From Anthoceros angustus (Eukaryota > Plantae > Anthocerotophyta), in contig MU008197.1 of the NCBI GenBank assembly GCA_010909165.1, positions 124,001-188,000 on the forward strand: DNA of 64,000 nucleotides. Reading direction: 5' to 3'. The position numbers and the translations under genes are program-made. Shown here in pieces: positions 25,616 to 38,100 of this stretch (positions within the stretch are counted from its first letter, which is position 1; every line of letters starts with the position of its first letter). The notes beneath the pieces are model-generated. The model was not told where the DNA came from and searched no databases. It saw nothing but the letters and a program-made list of their open reading frames with translations.

Positions 25616-25789
25616 CTACAAGATCATCGAGGAGGCGCCAGTTGATCACAAGAACAGGCCAGTACAGTTTCTTGCCTTGAAGACCTAGGAAAGACTTTCT
25701 GACAACGGTGCTACTGAGTCAACATAGACAACACAAAGTCATCAGGTACGAAGCTGGGAGCCACGCCGAACCTGAGAGAACACCAAAAT

Positions 25790-26260
25790 AAAATACTTTG
25801 CATACATGTCCACCAGACACTTCCCCCACCAGTATACGCTATCCAGCAATCAGCACCGTCCATGTGACCACCTCCTTTGTGGCCATGATGTCAAAAACCC
25901 CAATTTATGAGGGCAGTTGCCTGCTCACTTGAAAGGCACCCGTTCTTGCACAGGCCTTCAGAAAGGTCAACACACATTTTTCACCAAGCCTGTAAAACAC
26001 CTGCTGAGCATCCCCCAGACAATTACCCACCAGTCCATCATCCAACAGCCCTTCTTCGACAATCATGCCAAAAACATGACCTCTTGCTCCATTTGCACAA
26101 ACACAGCAAACACCTTTTAGCCCCATCCTCGAACTCCATGAACAGGTCGATGAACTTTTGGTATCTGTACAGAGGTCCTACGACGAGCTCCCGCAGACCT
26201 CACTTTAGGGAGTCAACCCCTGCCAAACAAAGCCTGCAGAGCAGCAGTGTAAGTCGACAG
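25790..26260. pseudogene. Scrambled PPR-gene remnants (minus-strand PLS fragments plus an inverted N-terminal piece)
   Basis: GLLDDGLVGNCL, FLKACARTGAFQ and CLVDMYAK fragments; 26150-26255 on + resembles the PPR 5' region at 21345-21440. Confidence 0.6.
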
Positions 26261-26556
26261 AAAGTAGTTTCAGACTCAACAACGCGTCAATGACAAGATA
26301 ATGGCCATCCACAATGTGTAAGCTTGACTTACTTGTGAAGACACTGGTCGATCCAGATGTAGTAACTCCCATATTGATCAAGATATGCCCAGGTATCGAT
26401 GCCTGGCAAACTGGCATGACCAAACGAGCCACCAAACAAGGATTGTGCATGTCCATCCATGTCTCAGTTTGGACAGGGATGGACTTAGGCAGGCACATTC
26501 ACCACCAAGGAAAAAAAGTAATACAGACTTGAGTACTGGCTAGTCCTTCATTTTTC

Positions 26557-29552
26557 TCACAGTCGACCCTTACAACTGCAAGAACCAGCTGCAAATCGAT
26601 GAACCCGATACCCATCCCTTACAACAATGTCTCTCTGTTCAAGTCTTGACATGATCTGTGTGGAACTGTGGCAGTCATTGCACATGCGTAGATTCTTAGT
26701 CACCACCAGAGGAGTGCCACTCGGAGTGTTCAACAGACCAAACGCCAGAGCTAGCTTCTCAGCATGCCCACAAAGTGCATCCTCCTTTTCCTTCTCAGAC
26801 AGTGGCTTCAACACCAACTTTGTCTGTGGTACATGGCCCCCTTCCTGCTTCAGACGTGCATTCGTGCTCTCTACCTTCAGCGCAATATCCTCTCTTCTTT
26901 CTCCCACCAGGAATCTGTGTACCTGCTTATTCACCTCAATGGTCGCCACTGCAGGTTTCTTGTGAGCTCCTGCTACCTCTCTCTGTGTTTCAATCCTGTC
27001 CACATCGCTCCACCTACCTGCGTCTGCGTAGGTATTGGCCATGAGCACATACGCAGACGCCCTTTGAGGATCCAGCCTAACAATGTTTTCAAAACACCAC
27101 ACCGCCCTGTCTATATCCCCGTGACTTTTGCAGGCATTCAACAGAGATGTCAACCCCACGACATTACTTTGACCCTCACATGAGAAAAGCATCTTCTCTG
27201 CCTCATCTAAATGGCCTGCACGCCCAAGAAGGTCAATCATGCAAATGTAATGCTCAATAGTAGGTTTGATGTTATGCTGTTCAGCCATGGAATCAAAGTA
27301 CTTGCGACCCTCATTGACCAGCCCCTCATGACTGCATGCTACTAAAAGGCAAATAAAAGTTGCATCATTAGGCAGAATACCGGCTACTAACATCTCCTCA
27401 AAACAAGCTAGTGCCTTGTGACCTTCATCACAAGCACCATAGCCAGATATCAGGGCAGTCCATGTCACCACATCCTTTGTCAAGCTGTCAAAAACCTGGT
27501 CCCACCACATTTTGCATACATGTCTATGAGGCAGTTGCCCAACACTACGTTATCCAGCAATCCTCTTTTGAGAATCTGTGAGTGCAGCTGCCTGCCCTTC
27601 TGTATGGCACCGGAGCTCGCACAGGCCTTGAGAAGGCACGTGAAGGTGACATCGTTAGCCACAAGCAGGCCCTCGTGCTCCATTTGTTCATAAACAGCAA
27701 GCGCCTCTTGGCCGAGTCCTTGCTGTGTATACCCAGTTATCAGGGCGTTCCATGTCACCACATCCTTTGTGGCCAAGCTTTCAAAAACCTGGCGTGCATC
27801 TTTCAGTGCACCACATTTTGAATACATGTCTACCAAGCAGGTGCCCACGAGTTTGTCATCCAGCAGTCCATTTTCGACAATCTGTGAGTGCAGCTGCCTG
27901 CCCTTCTGTAAGGCACCAGTGCTTCCACAGGCCTTCAGAAGGCAAGCAAAAGTAACATGGTCAGCCAAAATAAGGCCCGCTTCCTCCATTTGTCCATACA
28001 GAACGAGCGCCTCTCGGCTGAGCCCTTGCTCAGCATACCCGGCTATCAGGGCTGTCCATGTCACCACATCCTTCCTGTTCATGCTGTCAAAAACCTGGCG
28101 TGCATCTTCCAGTTCACCACATTTTGCATACATGTCCACCAGGCAGGTGCCCACCACTACGTCATCCAGCAGTCCTCTTTCAACAATATGTGAGTGCAGC
28201 TGCTTGCCCTTCTGGAAGGCGCCAGTGCTTGCACAGGCCTTCAGAAGGAAACGAAAAGTAACATGGTCAGCCAAAATAAGGCCCTCCTGCTCCATTTGTC
28301 CATACAGAACAAGCGCCTCATGTCCGAGCCCTTGCTGGGCATACCCAGCTATCAGGGCATTCCATGTCACCACATTCTTTGTCTTCATGCTGTCAAATAC
28401 CTGACGTGCAGCTTCCAGTTCACCACATTTTGCATACCCAGCAATCAGCACCGTCCATGTCACCACATCCTTCGTGGCCATGCTGTCAAAAACCTGGCGT
28501 GCATCTGTCATTTTGCCACATTTTGCATACATGTCCACCAGGCAGTTGCCAACAAACAAGTTAGTAGCAATGCCACTCTGCACCACATCACAGTGCACTT
28601 TCTTGCCAGATTCCAAGTCTGCGGCAAATGCACAAGCTTGAAGGGCAGCTACAAAGACGTGAGCATCCGCCTTTACTCCTGACCTACGCATCTCATGGTA
28701 CAGTTGTACAGCCTCATTAGGTTTCCCATGCTTTGCGTATGCGGAGATTATGGAAGACCACACGAAAACATCCGGTTTCCCCACTCTGGTGAACACATCC
28801 ATGGCCTCGTCTAGCCTACCTCCACATGCGTACATGCGCAAGATATGGTTCCCCAAGTATGCATTCGACTCGAACCCAAGTTTGACACTGAGATCATGAA
28901 CTCGTCGCCCCACAACCAAATCCTTCTTAGCTATACACAGTTTCAGCACAGTGTAAAGCAGAGACTGGGAGATGGCAGAGGCTGTCTGCGCCAGAGATTC
29001 CAGGGCTCCGACGGCCTCAGAAAGCTTCCCCTGCTGACATAACGTGCTCACGGTAACAGCAGTAACGACGCCCATTTCCAATGTTGCTCGCCTCCTAGGT
29101 TCAGGTTTATCCGGAGAGCTGGACTCGGAAGGAGAGGCACCATGTCCCATCTGCATATCCATGGACATGAGCTGCTCATCAACCCAAGCTGGCTTGAACA
29201 TGTTGTTTAACCACAGCACCTCGCCGGACCCCTTACGCCGGAAGTCAGGGGAACGGGTGCTCTTCTTATCTCGTCTGTTGTCCCACCACAGGGTAGGGTC
29301 CAGAAAAAATTGTTGCCACAAGTGCTCCTGCTCCTTGCAACGACCGGCATCGCTGGACAATCCGTCTCTACTCACACAAGTTCTCGGAAGTGGAAGTGCT
29401 GGGCTCCTTACACTGCCGCACCTGGAGGCTTTGTTTGCCATGGATTGACTTCCTAAGATGAGGTGAGCGGGAGCTCCTGATAGAATCCCTGTAGACACAC
29501 CGATTGCACTTTGTTGGGTCCACAACGGGTCCGGTTGCCATACTGTGGCCAT
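26557..29552 (-). pseudogene. PPR-DYW:KP paralog ending GRL, single frameshifting deletion near 27500 (copy C)
   Basis: 690-aa ORF (PDF module and PLS array) and 317-aa ORF (P2-L2-S2-E-DYW, HAEK, CNDCH, KGRL*) overlap where ELEDAR is missing from one S motif; otherwise uninterrupted. Confidence 0.85.
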
Positions 29553-29879
29553 CGTTCAGGGACCGCAGTCAGAAGCTGAGTCTGCCAACAAACTAGGCCA
29601 GGATGCCCAGGTACATACTGTGCATGACCACACCATACGAGCTAACTCCGATGCCTAAAAGCAGTATAATTAAAATTTCCGTGGCCGCTGTGCAGATTTT
29701 GCCGTCCCAAAGTTGGCGGTGCTTGTGGGTGCCTCAGGACGGAACAGGGTGACAGAGTTGCAGGATGGTGAAGATTGCCAGGGGGTAGCCTAGAGGTTAG
29801 GGTTTAATCTAACGGGGCAGCGAGGAGGACGGGGGTGGAGACGGGCAAATCAGGAGGGGCGAGGTACTGGTTACTCGTA

Positions 29880-30215
29880 CTGGCACATGAAGCAGGCCCT
29901 CGTGCTCCATCTGTTCATACTGGCCAAGCGCCTCCTGGCCGAGTCCTTGCTGTGTACATATACCCAGCTATGTATCAGGGCATTCGATGTCACCACATCC
30001 TTTGTGGCCACACTTGGCGTGAATCTTTCACTTCACCATATTTTGCATACATGTCTACCAGGCAGGTACATACGAGTGTGTCACCCAGCTGGGCTCCTTT
30101 CACTGCTGCCCCTGGAGGCTTGGCTGTTTGCCAGGGCTTGACTCCCTAAGCTTATGAGGTAAAAGGGATCCACTTGCTGGGTCCAAAAAGCATCCGGCTG
30201 CCACACCGTGGCCAT
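29880..30215 (-). pseudogene. Collapsed PPR remnant retaining the start (MATVWQPDAFWTQQ) and partial S/P motifs
   Basis: Homology to the PPR N-termini and to CLVDMYAK..DVVT.NALI motifs with large deletions. Confidence 0.65.
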
Positions 30216-30779
30216 CGTTCAGGGCTCGCTGTCGGCAGATCAAATACATGAATACAACAGGCTTACGCCAGCATGCCCAGGTACACATACAGATGTACAT
30301 ACATAGCAGTAGGTGAATGCAAACTTCCGTGTGCTGGAAGAGATGAGGGAGAGAGCATGAGACTGACTGCGAGAGAAAGATGAGCGGGACCCACAACTGG
30401 CCAGCTGAAATTTTACGCTCTCAGCCGTGCATAACCACACCACCCTCAAGGAAAGCGATCGATATACCATAAGCTGCGTGTAGACTGTGGAGTCGCTGTT
30501 AGGTGTGATGCCGGTGGCCTGGCTGCAGCCTGGGCCAGGCCGATCGGGGCTTAAAAGCCTCTACCATCTTGCAATCCTCTGACAACAACGCTAGCTTCGA
30601 AAAGGGGTTCCTTCGGGGGAACCTCCCAACGCAACCTTCCGTCCAGACGTAATTGGGTTGTTGGATGGTACTGGTAGCTTTACGGTGGACGTCGACAGGT
30701 ACTCACGAGCCAGCTATGACTCCTTCCTGAGCATAAATGCATCTGCATCTGGCGAGCATTCGACTGAGCATCGGATCAC

Positions 30780-33015
30780 ATGCCTGAAGAGATGACGGAA
30801 CCAGGGGAAGTCGTGTCCAAGTATCACGCGCTGCTGGAGAGGTCTGTGGAGGAGCAGGAAGCATTTCTGCAACACGTGCTGGCCAAGCACTCGGGATGCG
30901 AGTATCTGCAGAGGCACGGGCTCCATGGTAGGACAGACCCAGAATCCTTCAAGCAACACATCCCTGTGATCGAGTATGACGCCATCGAGCAGGACATCGA
31001 GAGGATGCTGCGAGGCCACCCTTCGCCTATACTCACTTGTGATAACGTTGTCGAGTTCTTCGCAAGGTAGGTGCACACTACTACTACTACACACCGTACC
31101 TATCAGCCCAAGTGCTCAGGAATCAGGATCGGAGGCAACAGGTGAAACCGTGAATGTTCCATTCAACAGTTGCTGCTTCAGCTTGTACACGTGCGATGTC
31201 GACACGGATCTGGTTGAATAACTCTCGAGAATATGCAGCTCAGGGACGAGTTCCGGGAAGCGCAAATTGTTTCCCGTCACAGAATCCTACTTCGAGCAAG
31301 TGGAGAAGGCGCTATCTGTTCCTGCCAGTTTCTGCTTCCTGTAAGCGTTGCTTGAACATGTATGCATTGCAATTTCACGCCCTCCGCGGGTCGTGATAAC
31401 AGAGGCATGAATTGGTGACGCTGTGTGAAGTCACAGAGCTGATCGCTTCCAAGGTGTTGCAGGGCATTCGGAGAGACTGTACCGAGGCTGTCCTTTGTGT
31501 CTGCCGGCCAGCAATTCAGAAGCCCAGCAGGCTTGCCAGTTGGGCCAGGGAGCTGCTCGATGCTCAAACGGACCGGATATGGCAACTTTGCCTCGATCGT
31601 TGAAGGTGTTGTCAGTCCGCCGGCTGTCCTGCACTGCCAAGACTACCAGCAAAGCCTGTACTGCCATCTCCTCTGCGGCCTGCTTCGGGCCTCGGAAGCA
31701 GCTTGCCTTGGTAGCTGGTTTGCATCTGGTGTGGCCACCGCTATGAACGTTCTGAAACAGAACTGGGAGGAACTCAGCCATGACATAGAGACAGGGAAGC
31801 TCAGCAGCAAGATTACCGACCTTCCAGCTCGTGCAGCTGTGTCGGAGCTTCTGGGCAGGCCGAATCCCGAGCTCGCCAGCTTTATCAGGGCCGAATGCGG
31901 GAAGGAGTCGTGGGAGGGCATCTTGCTCCGCCTATGGCCGAATCTTAAGTTGATGAACTGTATTGCAACCGGCTCCATGCTTCAGTATGTGGACTATCTC
32001 AACTTCCTTAGCGGCAGCCAGCTTCCCATTGTGACAGCCGGATATGGAGCTTCCGAGGGAATGCTTGGATGGAACCCGTGTGTAACGACTCCACCACATG
32101 AGACCACATTTGTCCTCTATCCAGATCATGCTTACTTTGAGTTCCTGGTGCTCAACAGAGATGAGGAAACAATTGGTACCCCCGACCGCGTCAACAAGGT
32201 CGTAGATCTAGCAAGTGTTGAAGAGGGGCAGGAGTATGAGATAGTGGTAACCACCCACAACGGTAGGCTCAACACCTTCTCGGCTGTGATCTTGAGCTTT
32301 AACATGGATCCTAATGTGTTTTCGAGCTCCAGATGCATGCTTCAGAAGTATCTCAGCTGGAGAAACAATTAACTTGTTGACCGTTTCCGCATTGTTGCTG
32401 GTGAAGGCAGGTCTATGGAGGTTCAGAATAGGAGACGTGCTGAAGTGTGCTGGCTTCTACCACAAAGCCCCGAAGTTCCAGTTTGTGGGTCGGAGGAACG
32501 TCATTCTGAGCCTCAACACAGACAAGACAGAGGAGAAAGAGCTTGTGCAGGTGGTCAACACAGCTGCCAAGCTGCACTTCCCGGCAGAGACAAAGCTCTT
32601 AGACTTCACCAGCTGCACAAACACGTCTTCTATCCCAGGCAACTACGTCATCTTCCTGGAGCTAACCACATCGGGCAACCTCCCAGGCCAGGTTGAAGTG
32701 GGTACCCAGAGCTTGGAAGACGCGTGTCTGGCCATGGAGGCTGCCTTGGCCGAGCCTTATAGGAGGGGACGCAACATCGGGGCTATTGGTCCCCTGCAGC
32801 TCAACATCGTGGAGACCGGGACCTTTTACAAATTGAACCGCCTTGCTGTGCAGATGGGGACTGCCGGCAGCCAGTACAAGACTCCCAGGGCCGTCAAGTC
32901 TGGCAGTCCTGCTCTGGAGGTGCTGCTTACGGCTGTCACACAGACCGCTACAAGCCCCCAGCCGCCTCCTCACGCCACTCTCAACCCTATCCACTCTGTT
33001 GAATCAGACCTCTGA
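30780..33015 (+). CDS. GH3: GH3 family acyl-acid amido synthetase, apparently intact, 4 exons
   Basis: SSGTSSGKRKLFP, YGASEG, GLWRFRIGD, DKTEEKEL, QYKTPR; GT-AG introns near 31067-31238, 31341-31463 and 32263-32410. Confidence 0.9.
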
Positions 33016-33259
33016 GAGATGATGTGCAAGCACAACCGGAGAGGCTGGCTGGAGACTGTCAATTACTTTGCTTTGTGCTTTGTGTCAGCGGTTTCTCTGC
33101 TACTGGGCCGAATATGGACATTGTATTGCTCTTGAAGACCTTTCCAAAACGTTTACTACATTCTCAGATACATGCCGTAGGCCGGGTTTCAACACAATCG
33201 ACACAGCATAATGCATAATCGGTACAGTTTGTCAGGTCTAGACTGGATGTCTGTCCAAA

Positions 33260-33725
33260 ACGTGATATGTCACGCTGCTGATGCTCGTAGCCCTGGGCAC
33301 TTGCACATGGCACACAAATGTTACAGAATCCGGTCCACCCAGGCCCTTCGTGAGTCTATCTTCCACAGCCCGGTAGAGATCATGTGCTTCCTGTCCGATG
33401 CCTGCTGAGAATATCCTGCTTTCGCAGACGTCCAGGTCACAAAGTTCTTTCAAATGACCAAGCCTGTCAAACACATTTTGAGCCTCTTCCAAGCTGCCGC
33501 ACTCTCCATACATGGACGTCCACCAAGCAATCATAAACAAAAGAATTAGTCTCAACCCTACTGGCCAGCACATCACAATGCACCTGCTGTCCAATCTTCA
33601 GGTCGGCTCCCCTTGCACAAGCCTGCAGCGCTGCTATAAACACATGACCATCTGGCTTCACACTTGTCCTACACAACCGTTGATACAGTTGTATGACCTG
33701 CTTATTCGGCCCCTGTTTTACATGA
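33260..33725 (-). pseudogene. Degenerate PPR fragment, paralogous to 36930-38100
   Basis: HVKQG..VIQLYQRLCRTSVKPDGHVFIAALQACARGADLKIGQQVH closely matches ORF 37203-37628. Confidence 0.75.
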
Positions 33726-33890
33726 AGAAGAAGCAGAATAATGACCATATGGCTTCACCCTTGTCCTACACAACCGTTGATACAGTTGTTGTATGACTTG
33801 CTTATCTAGCACCTCGAAGAAGAATGACCATATGGCTTCACACTTGTCCTACACAACCGTTGATACAATTGTATGACCTGCTTATCCAGC
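33643..33890. repeat. Three-copy tandem repeat of ~65 bp core derived from PPR coding sequence
   Basis: ATGACCAT(C/A)TGGCTTCAC.CTTGTCCTACACAACCGTTGATACA.TTGTATGAC.TGCTTAT at ~33643, 33741 and 33824. Confidence 0.8.
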
Positions 33891-34119
33891 CTCGGGTTAA
33901 GGAAAAAAAGAATTCTATTCAAGTCCACTAAGAATATGCCCGGAACGTCCTTTACTATGTAGCCAGTAAGGAAGCCAGCACTTCAGCGGTCTAGGACCTC
34001 ACCAATTCACTTCACATATAGAGACTTGTACAACTCTCAACGCTCTCAATCTCATGATACAGCATTAGGCTCCAAGCCATCAACAAACGACCCGCAGACC
34101 ACCTCCTCGAGTTGCTGCT

Positions 34120-34330
34120 CTTTATTCACATAGTACACACTTTGAATCTTCTTTATTCACAGAATACACTTTGACCTTTTTTTATTTGCAGAATACACAC
34201 TTTGAATCTTCTTTATTCACAGAATATATATTGAGCTTTCTTTATTTACAAAATACACACTTTGAATCTTCTTTATTCATAGAATCCACATTGAGCTTTC
34301 TTTATTTGCAGAATATGCACTTTGAGTCTG
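34120..34330. repeat. Tandem repeat, 30-bp subunit with 60-bp higher-order period
   Basis: TTTGAATCTTCTTTATTCA starts at 34141, 34201 and 34261, alternating with TTGA(C/G)CTTT variants. Confidence 0.85.
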
Positions 34331-34439
34331 GCTATCTACGCCCAGTTAGCTTCTGCCCTTGACTCAATAACAAGCTTACTAACTAGGCTCTCCACAACTC
34401 TCTCGACATAAGGCTTTCAGCACACAATAAACTGAAATA

Positions 34440-35060
34440 AAAGAGCACTCATGATCAATCAAATTTTAGTGAAGAGAGCATGTCCACCACTTGAGAAAAG
34501 TGTTAAAAAAGTTAAGAGCAAATTCTTTTTTTTCAGCTATAACAAAGTGTGACTTTGTTAAGGAAGAGATAGACTTCCTAGGATTCATTGTCTCTACAGA
34601 TGGTAACAGGATAAATCATGATAATAAAATAAAGGCCATACAGAATTGGTTGTCGTCAACGAATATGAGAGATGTGCTCATGTTTTTGAGACTAGCTAGC
34701 GTGTAAAGAAGATTTGTTCTGATGTTGGCAAGATTGCTCCCTATTGTTTCCAAGAAGGCTTGGAAGTGGGATCGAGATTGTCAGAGGGCATTGGAGTTTA
34801 TGAGGATGAAATTCAGCACTACCCCAATTTTATCAATCTATGATCCGTAGAAGGATATATATAAAAGCTATACTGATGCCTCAGATATTGTAATTGGCCG
34901 AATGCTCATGCAAGAAGGTAGGCCAATGGCATACGAGTCAAGAAAGCTGCATGGAAGGAAGTAGCTCACTTATGAAAAGGAGATGACTGCTATCATCAAC
35001 TGTCTTAAGAGATGGACACATTATCTTCTAGGAAGATCTTTTGTGCTGTACACAAACTGC
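34440..35060 (+). mobile_element. Decayed Ty3/gypsy LTR-retrotransposon RT-RNase H fragment
   Basis: EEHVHHLRKVLKKLR..KCDFVKEEIDFLGFIVS..IKAIQNW; YTDASDIVIGRMLMQEGRPMAYESRKL; YEKEMTAII; internal stops. Confidence 0.85.
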
Positions 35061-35464
35061 AACAGTTCAAAAGCTTGAGGATAAGATGAACGTTGTTGGG
35101 ATTGGAAATCCTGCCCTTCTTGTGGCCGGCTTCGTATTTATTTCCGTAAACAGCAATTACACATGCAGACTGTTGTTTACTGAGATGATGTGTATACTTA
35201 TAACTGGCTAGTTGCATGCTCTTGATGCTCCACCGCAGAATGCGCGAGCTTATCTTATTTGTACCGTGGCACGTACTTGATCCTGCCCTACTTTGTCATT
35301 CTGTCCTAACTACTTTTATTTTTACTATTTACTCTGCTCTTTTTACCATATGTTACATAAACAATGTAAGTACGAGGTTCTTTGCTAATGAGTTGCGACT
35401 AAATGCTAGACAAGCTAGATGACAAGATTTTCTAGCATGTATGATGTATCTCTCAAGTAGGTCA

Positions 35465-35690
35465 AGGTGGTTGGTGCCCCCTAGACATGCTTAAGATCAA
35501 ACCCCAAGTATTGAGCACTATGAGTTGGACTGTCTCAAGGTTGTTGGTGGTTGGTGCCCCCTAGACATGCTTAAGATCAAACCCCAAGTATTGAGCGCTA
35601 TGAATTGGACTGTCTCAAGGTTGTTGGTGCCCCCTAGACATGCTTAAGATCAAACCCGAAGTATTGAGCACTATGAATTGGACTGTCTCG
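35465..35690. repeat. Three-copy ~73-80 bp tandem repeat
   Basis: GTTGGTGCCCCCTAGACATGCTTAAGATCAAACCC.AAGTATTGAGC.CTATGA.TTGGACTGTCTC three times, near-identical. Confidence 0.9.
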
Positions 35691-35968
35691 CTATGTTCAT
35701 CGGAAATTCTGTTTGTGATCATGAGGGACGGAAAGGTTGCCTTTCCTTCACAATACTTCAAATTTATTTAATTTTAACTTCTTGAGAAATATTAAGATTA
35801 GTTCACAAAACAAATTTTATATTTTGACAGTTTTTCTTCAAAAATTCAAGAAGGTTCCTACAAGAGTATTGCTTGAACGTACGTTTACGCTCTGCAGCAA
35901 TGCAGGGCCAGGCATCCGCTGTAACAGACGCTGTGTTTTACACTGTTAGTTGACACAGTGTTGCAATG

Positions 35969-36913
35969 CAGGGCATTCGGGAAGGCGTTGAGGCTTTTCT
36001 TTGTTTCTGTTGGCCATGAAATCCCAAGTCCAGCAGGCTTGCCGGTCGGGCCAGGGAGCAACGCACTGCTCAAACGGGCCGGATATGGCGACGGCAATTC
36101 CAAGGCTGGAGGGCTTCTCAGTTCGACAGCTGTCATCCTCTGCCAAGGCTAGCAGCAAAGCCTGTACTGCCATCTCGTCTGCGGCCTGATTCGGCCCCGG
36201 AAGCAACTTGCCTGGGTTGCTGGTTTGCATCTGGGGTGGCCACCGCCACGAATGTTCTGAAACAGAACTGGGAGGAACTCAGCAATAACATAGAGACAGG
36301 GAAGCTCAGCAGCAAGATTACCGACCTTCCAGCTCGTGCAGCTGTGTCGGAGCTTTTGCCGAATCCCGAGCTCGCCCACTTTATCAGGGCCGAATGCGGG
36401 AAGGAGTCGTGGGAGGGCATCTTGCTCCGCCTATGGCCCAATGTCAAGTTCCTCAGCTGTGTTGCAACCGGCTCCATGATTCAATATTTGGACTACATCA
36501 ACTTCCTTACCGGCAGTCAGCTTCCCATTGTGACTGCCGGATATGGAGCTTCCGAGGGAATATTTGGATGCAACCCCTGCTTATCGTCTCCACCACATGA
36601 GACCACATTTGTCCTGTTTCCAGATCATGCCTACTTTGAGTTCCTGGTGCTGAATGGAGATGAGAAAACAATTGTTACCCCCGACAGCGTCTACAAGATT
36701 GTAGATCTGGCTAGTGTTGAAGAAGGACAGGAGTCCGAGATCGTGGTAACCACTCACAACGGTATGCTCAAAATGTGTCGTCTCTGGAGAAGTTGCAATC
36801 CCAAACCCGTTTCCGCTTTGTTGCTGGTGGATGCAGGTCTGTGGAGGTCCAGAGTAGGAGACGAGCTGAAGTGTGTTGGCTTCTACCACGAAGCCCCGAA
36901 GTTCCAGTTCTAA
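35969..36913 (+). pseudogene. GH3: Truncated GH3 pseudogene (exon 3 and start of exon 4)
   Basis: Long near-identity to 31463-32480; in-frame TAG near 36150 and a frameshift; lacks exons 1-2; stops at KFQF*. Confidence 0.88.
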
Positions 36914-36929
36914 CGGGCTCCAGCTACCC

Positions 36930-38100
36930 AATTGTGCAGCTACACCTGCTGTGCTTCAAGCATACTCCCGAATTTTGCATACATGTTTAGCAGGCTGTGG
37001 GCTACAAGCACATCAGTTTCAAACCCCTGTTCTTTGATCTGTGCATGAAGCTGCCTTCCTAACTGCAAAGCTGCCACATTTGCACATGCCTGCAGGAGGC
37101 ACACAAACGTCACGGGATTGGGTGCCAAGGTGCCCTCATCTTCCATAGCCCTGTGAAGATGCAGTGCTTCCTGCCCCATGCCCTGCTGAGGATATTTTGC
37201 TATCAGGCATACGAGGTCACCACACTCTTCTGATCAAGCCTGTCAAACACACCCCGACCATCCTCTAGGCTGCCACACTTTGCATACATGACCACCAAGC
37301 AATTATAAACAAACGAAGTAGGCTCAACCCCACTGGCAAGCACATCAGCATTCACCTGCTGTCCAGTCTTCAAGTCGGCACCCCTTGCACAAGCCTGAAG
37401 CGCCGCTACAAACACATGCCCATCTGGCTTCACACTTGACCTACACAAACGACGATACAGTTGTATGGCGTGCTTAACCTGCCCCTGTTTGACATGCGCA
37501 GCAATTATGGCAGACCAGGTGAACGCATCTGGTTTGCCAACCACTGCAAACACATCCACAACATCGTGCAACCTGCCATGAGTAGCATACATTCGACTCA
37601 TGGTTGCAAAAGAACAAATCCGACTCACACCACATTTTCACGCTGAGAGCATGCACACGGCGGCCCAGAACCAGATCCTTCTGCAGCACACATTGTTTCT
37701 GAACCGCAGAAAAGAGAGCGAGAGAAACGACTCCCAGTCTCCACCAAACAACCCAGAGCCTCAACAGCATCAGTGACCTGCCCCTGCTGGCATAGCCGGC
37801 TTACGGTTCCAGCCGTTTCGCCCGTTTCGTATCCTACAGACCTGATTATCCAGACCAGCCAGATGCCATCCACCCCAGCTGGTTTGCCGGAGTTGCTGCC
37901 TTCCCCCCAGGCTTGCTCGTTCGCACACCACCAAGTCGAGCTCGTCCTAGGGCATCTGCTATCCCACCCATTCTGCTCTGTCGGGGCCAGAAAGCCAGTT
38001 GCCACTGTCGGTCTCTGTGTGAATGGAGTGCGCCGTACCAGGCAGCCACTATTCAGGGAAGCATACTGAACCACATAGAGACTCAAGGCTGAATCCCAAA
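36930..38100 (-). pseudogene. PLS PPR pseudogene with eroded PDF-like module, no DYW domain
   Basis: GWDSR..KPAGVDG (eroded WWDNR..KPAWVDE), VSRLCQQG and frameshifted L/S/P motifs. Confidence 0.8.

Noticed and set aside
15603-28682. Long repeated antisense ORFs such as MLSKTWRASSSSPHFAYMSTRQLP
   Set aside because: They are the reverse complement of PPR repeats; their recurrence is explained by the sense-strand genes.
35465-35690. Regular repeats here and at 83-310 and 34120-34330 as possible CRISPR arrays
   Set aside because: No unique spacers, no cas genes, eukaryotic context.
11921-38100. Pseudogene stops being repaired by U-to-C editing
   Set aside because: PPR editing acts on organelle transcripts, and most lesions are indels that base editing cannot fix.
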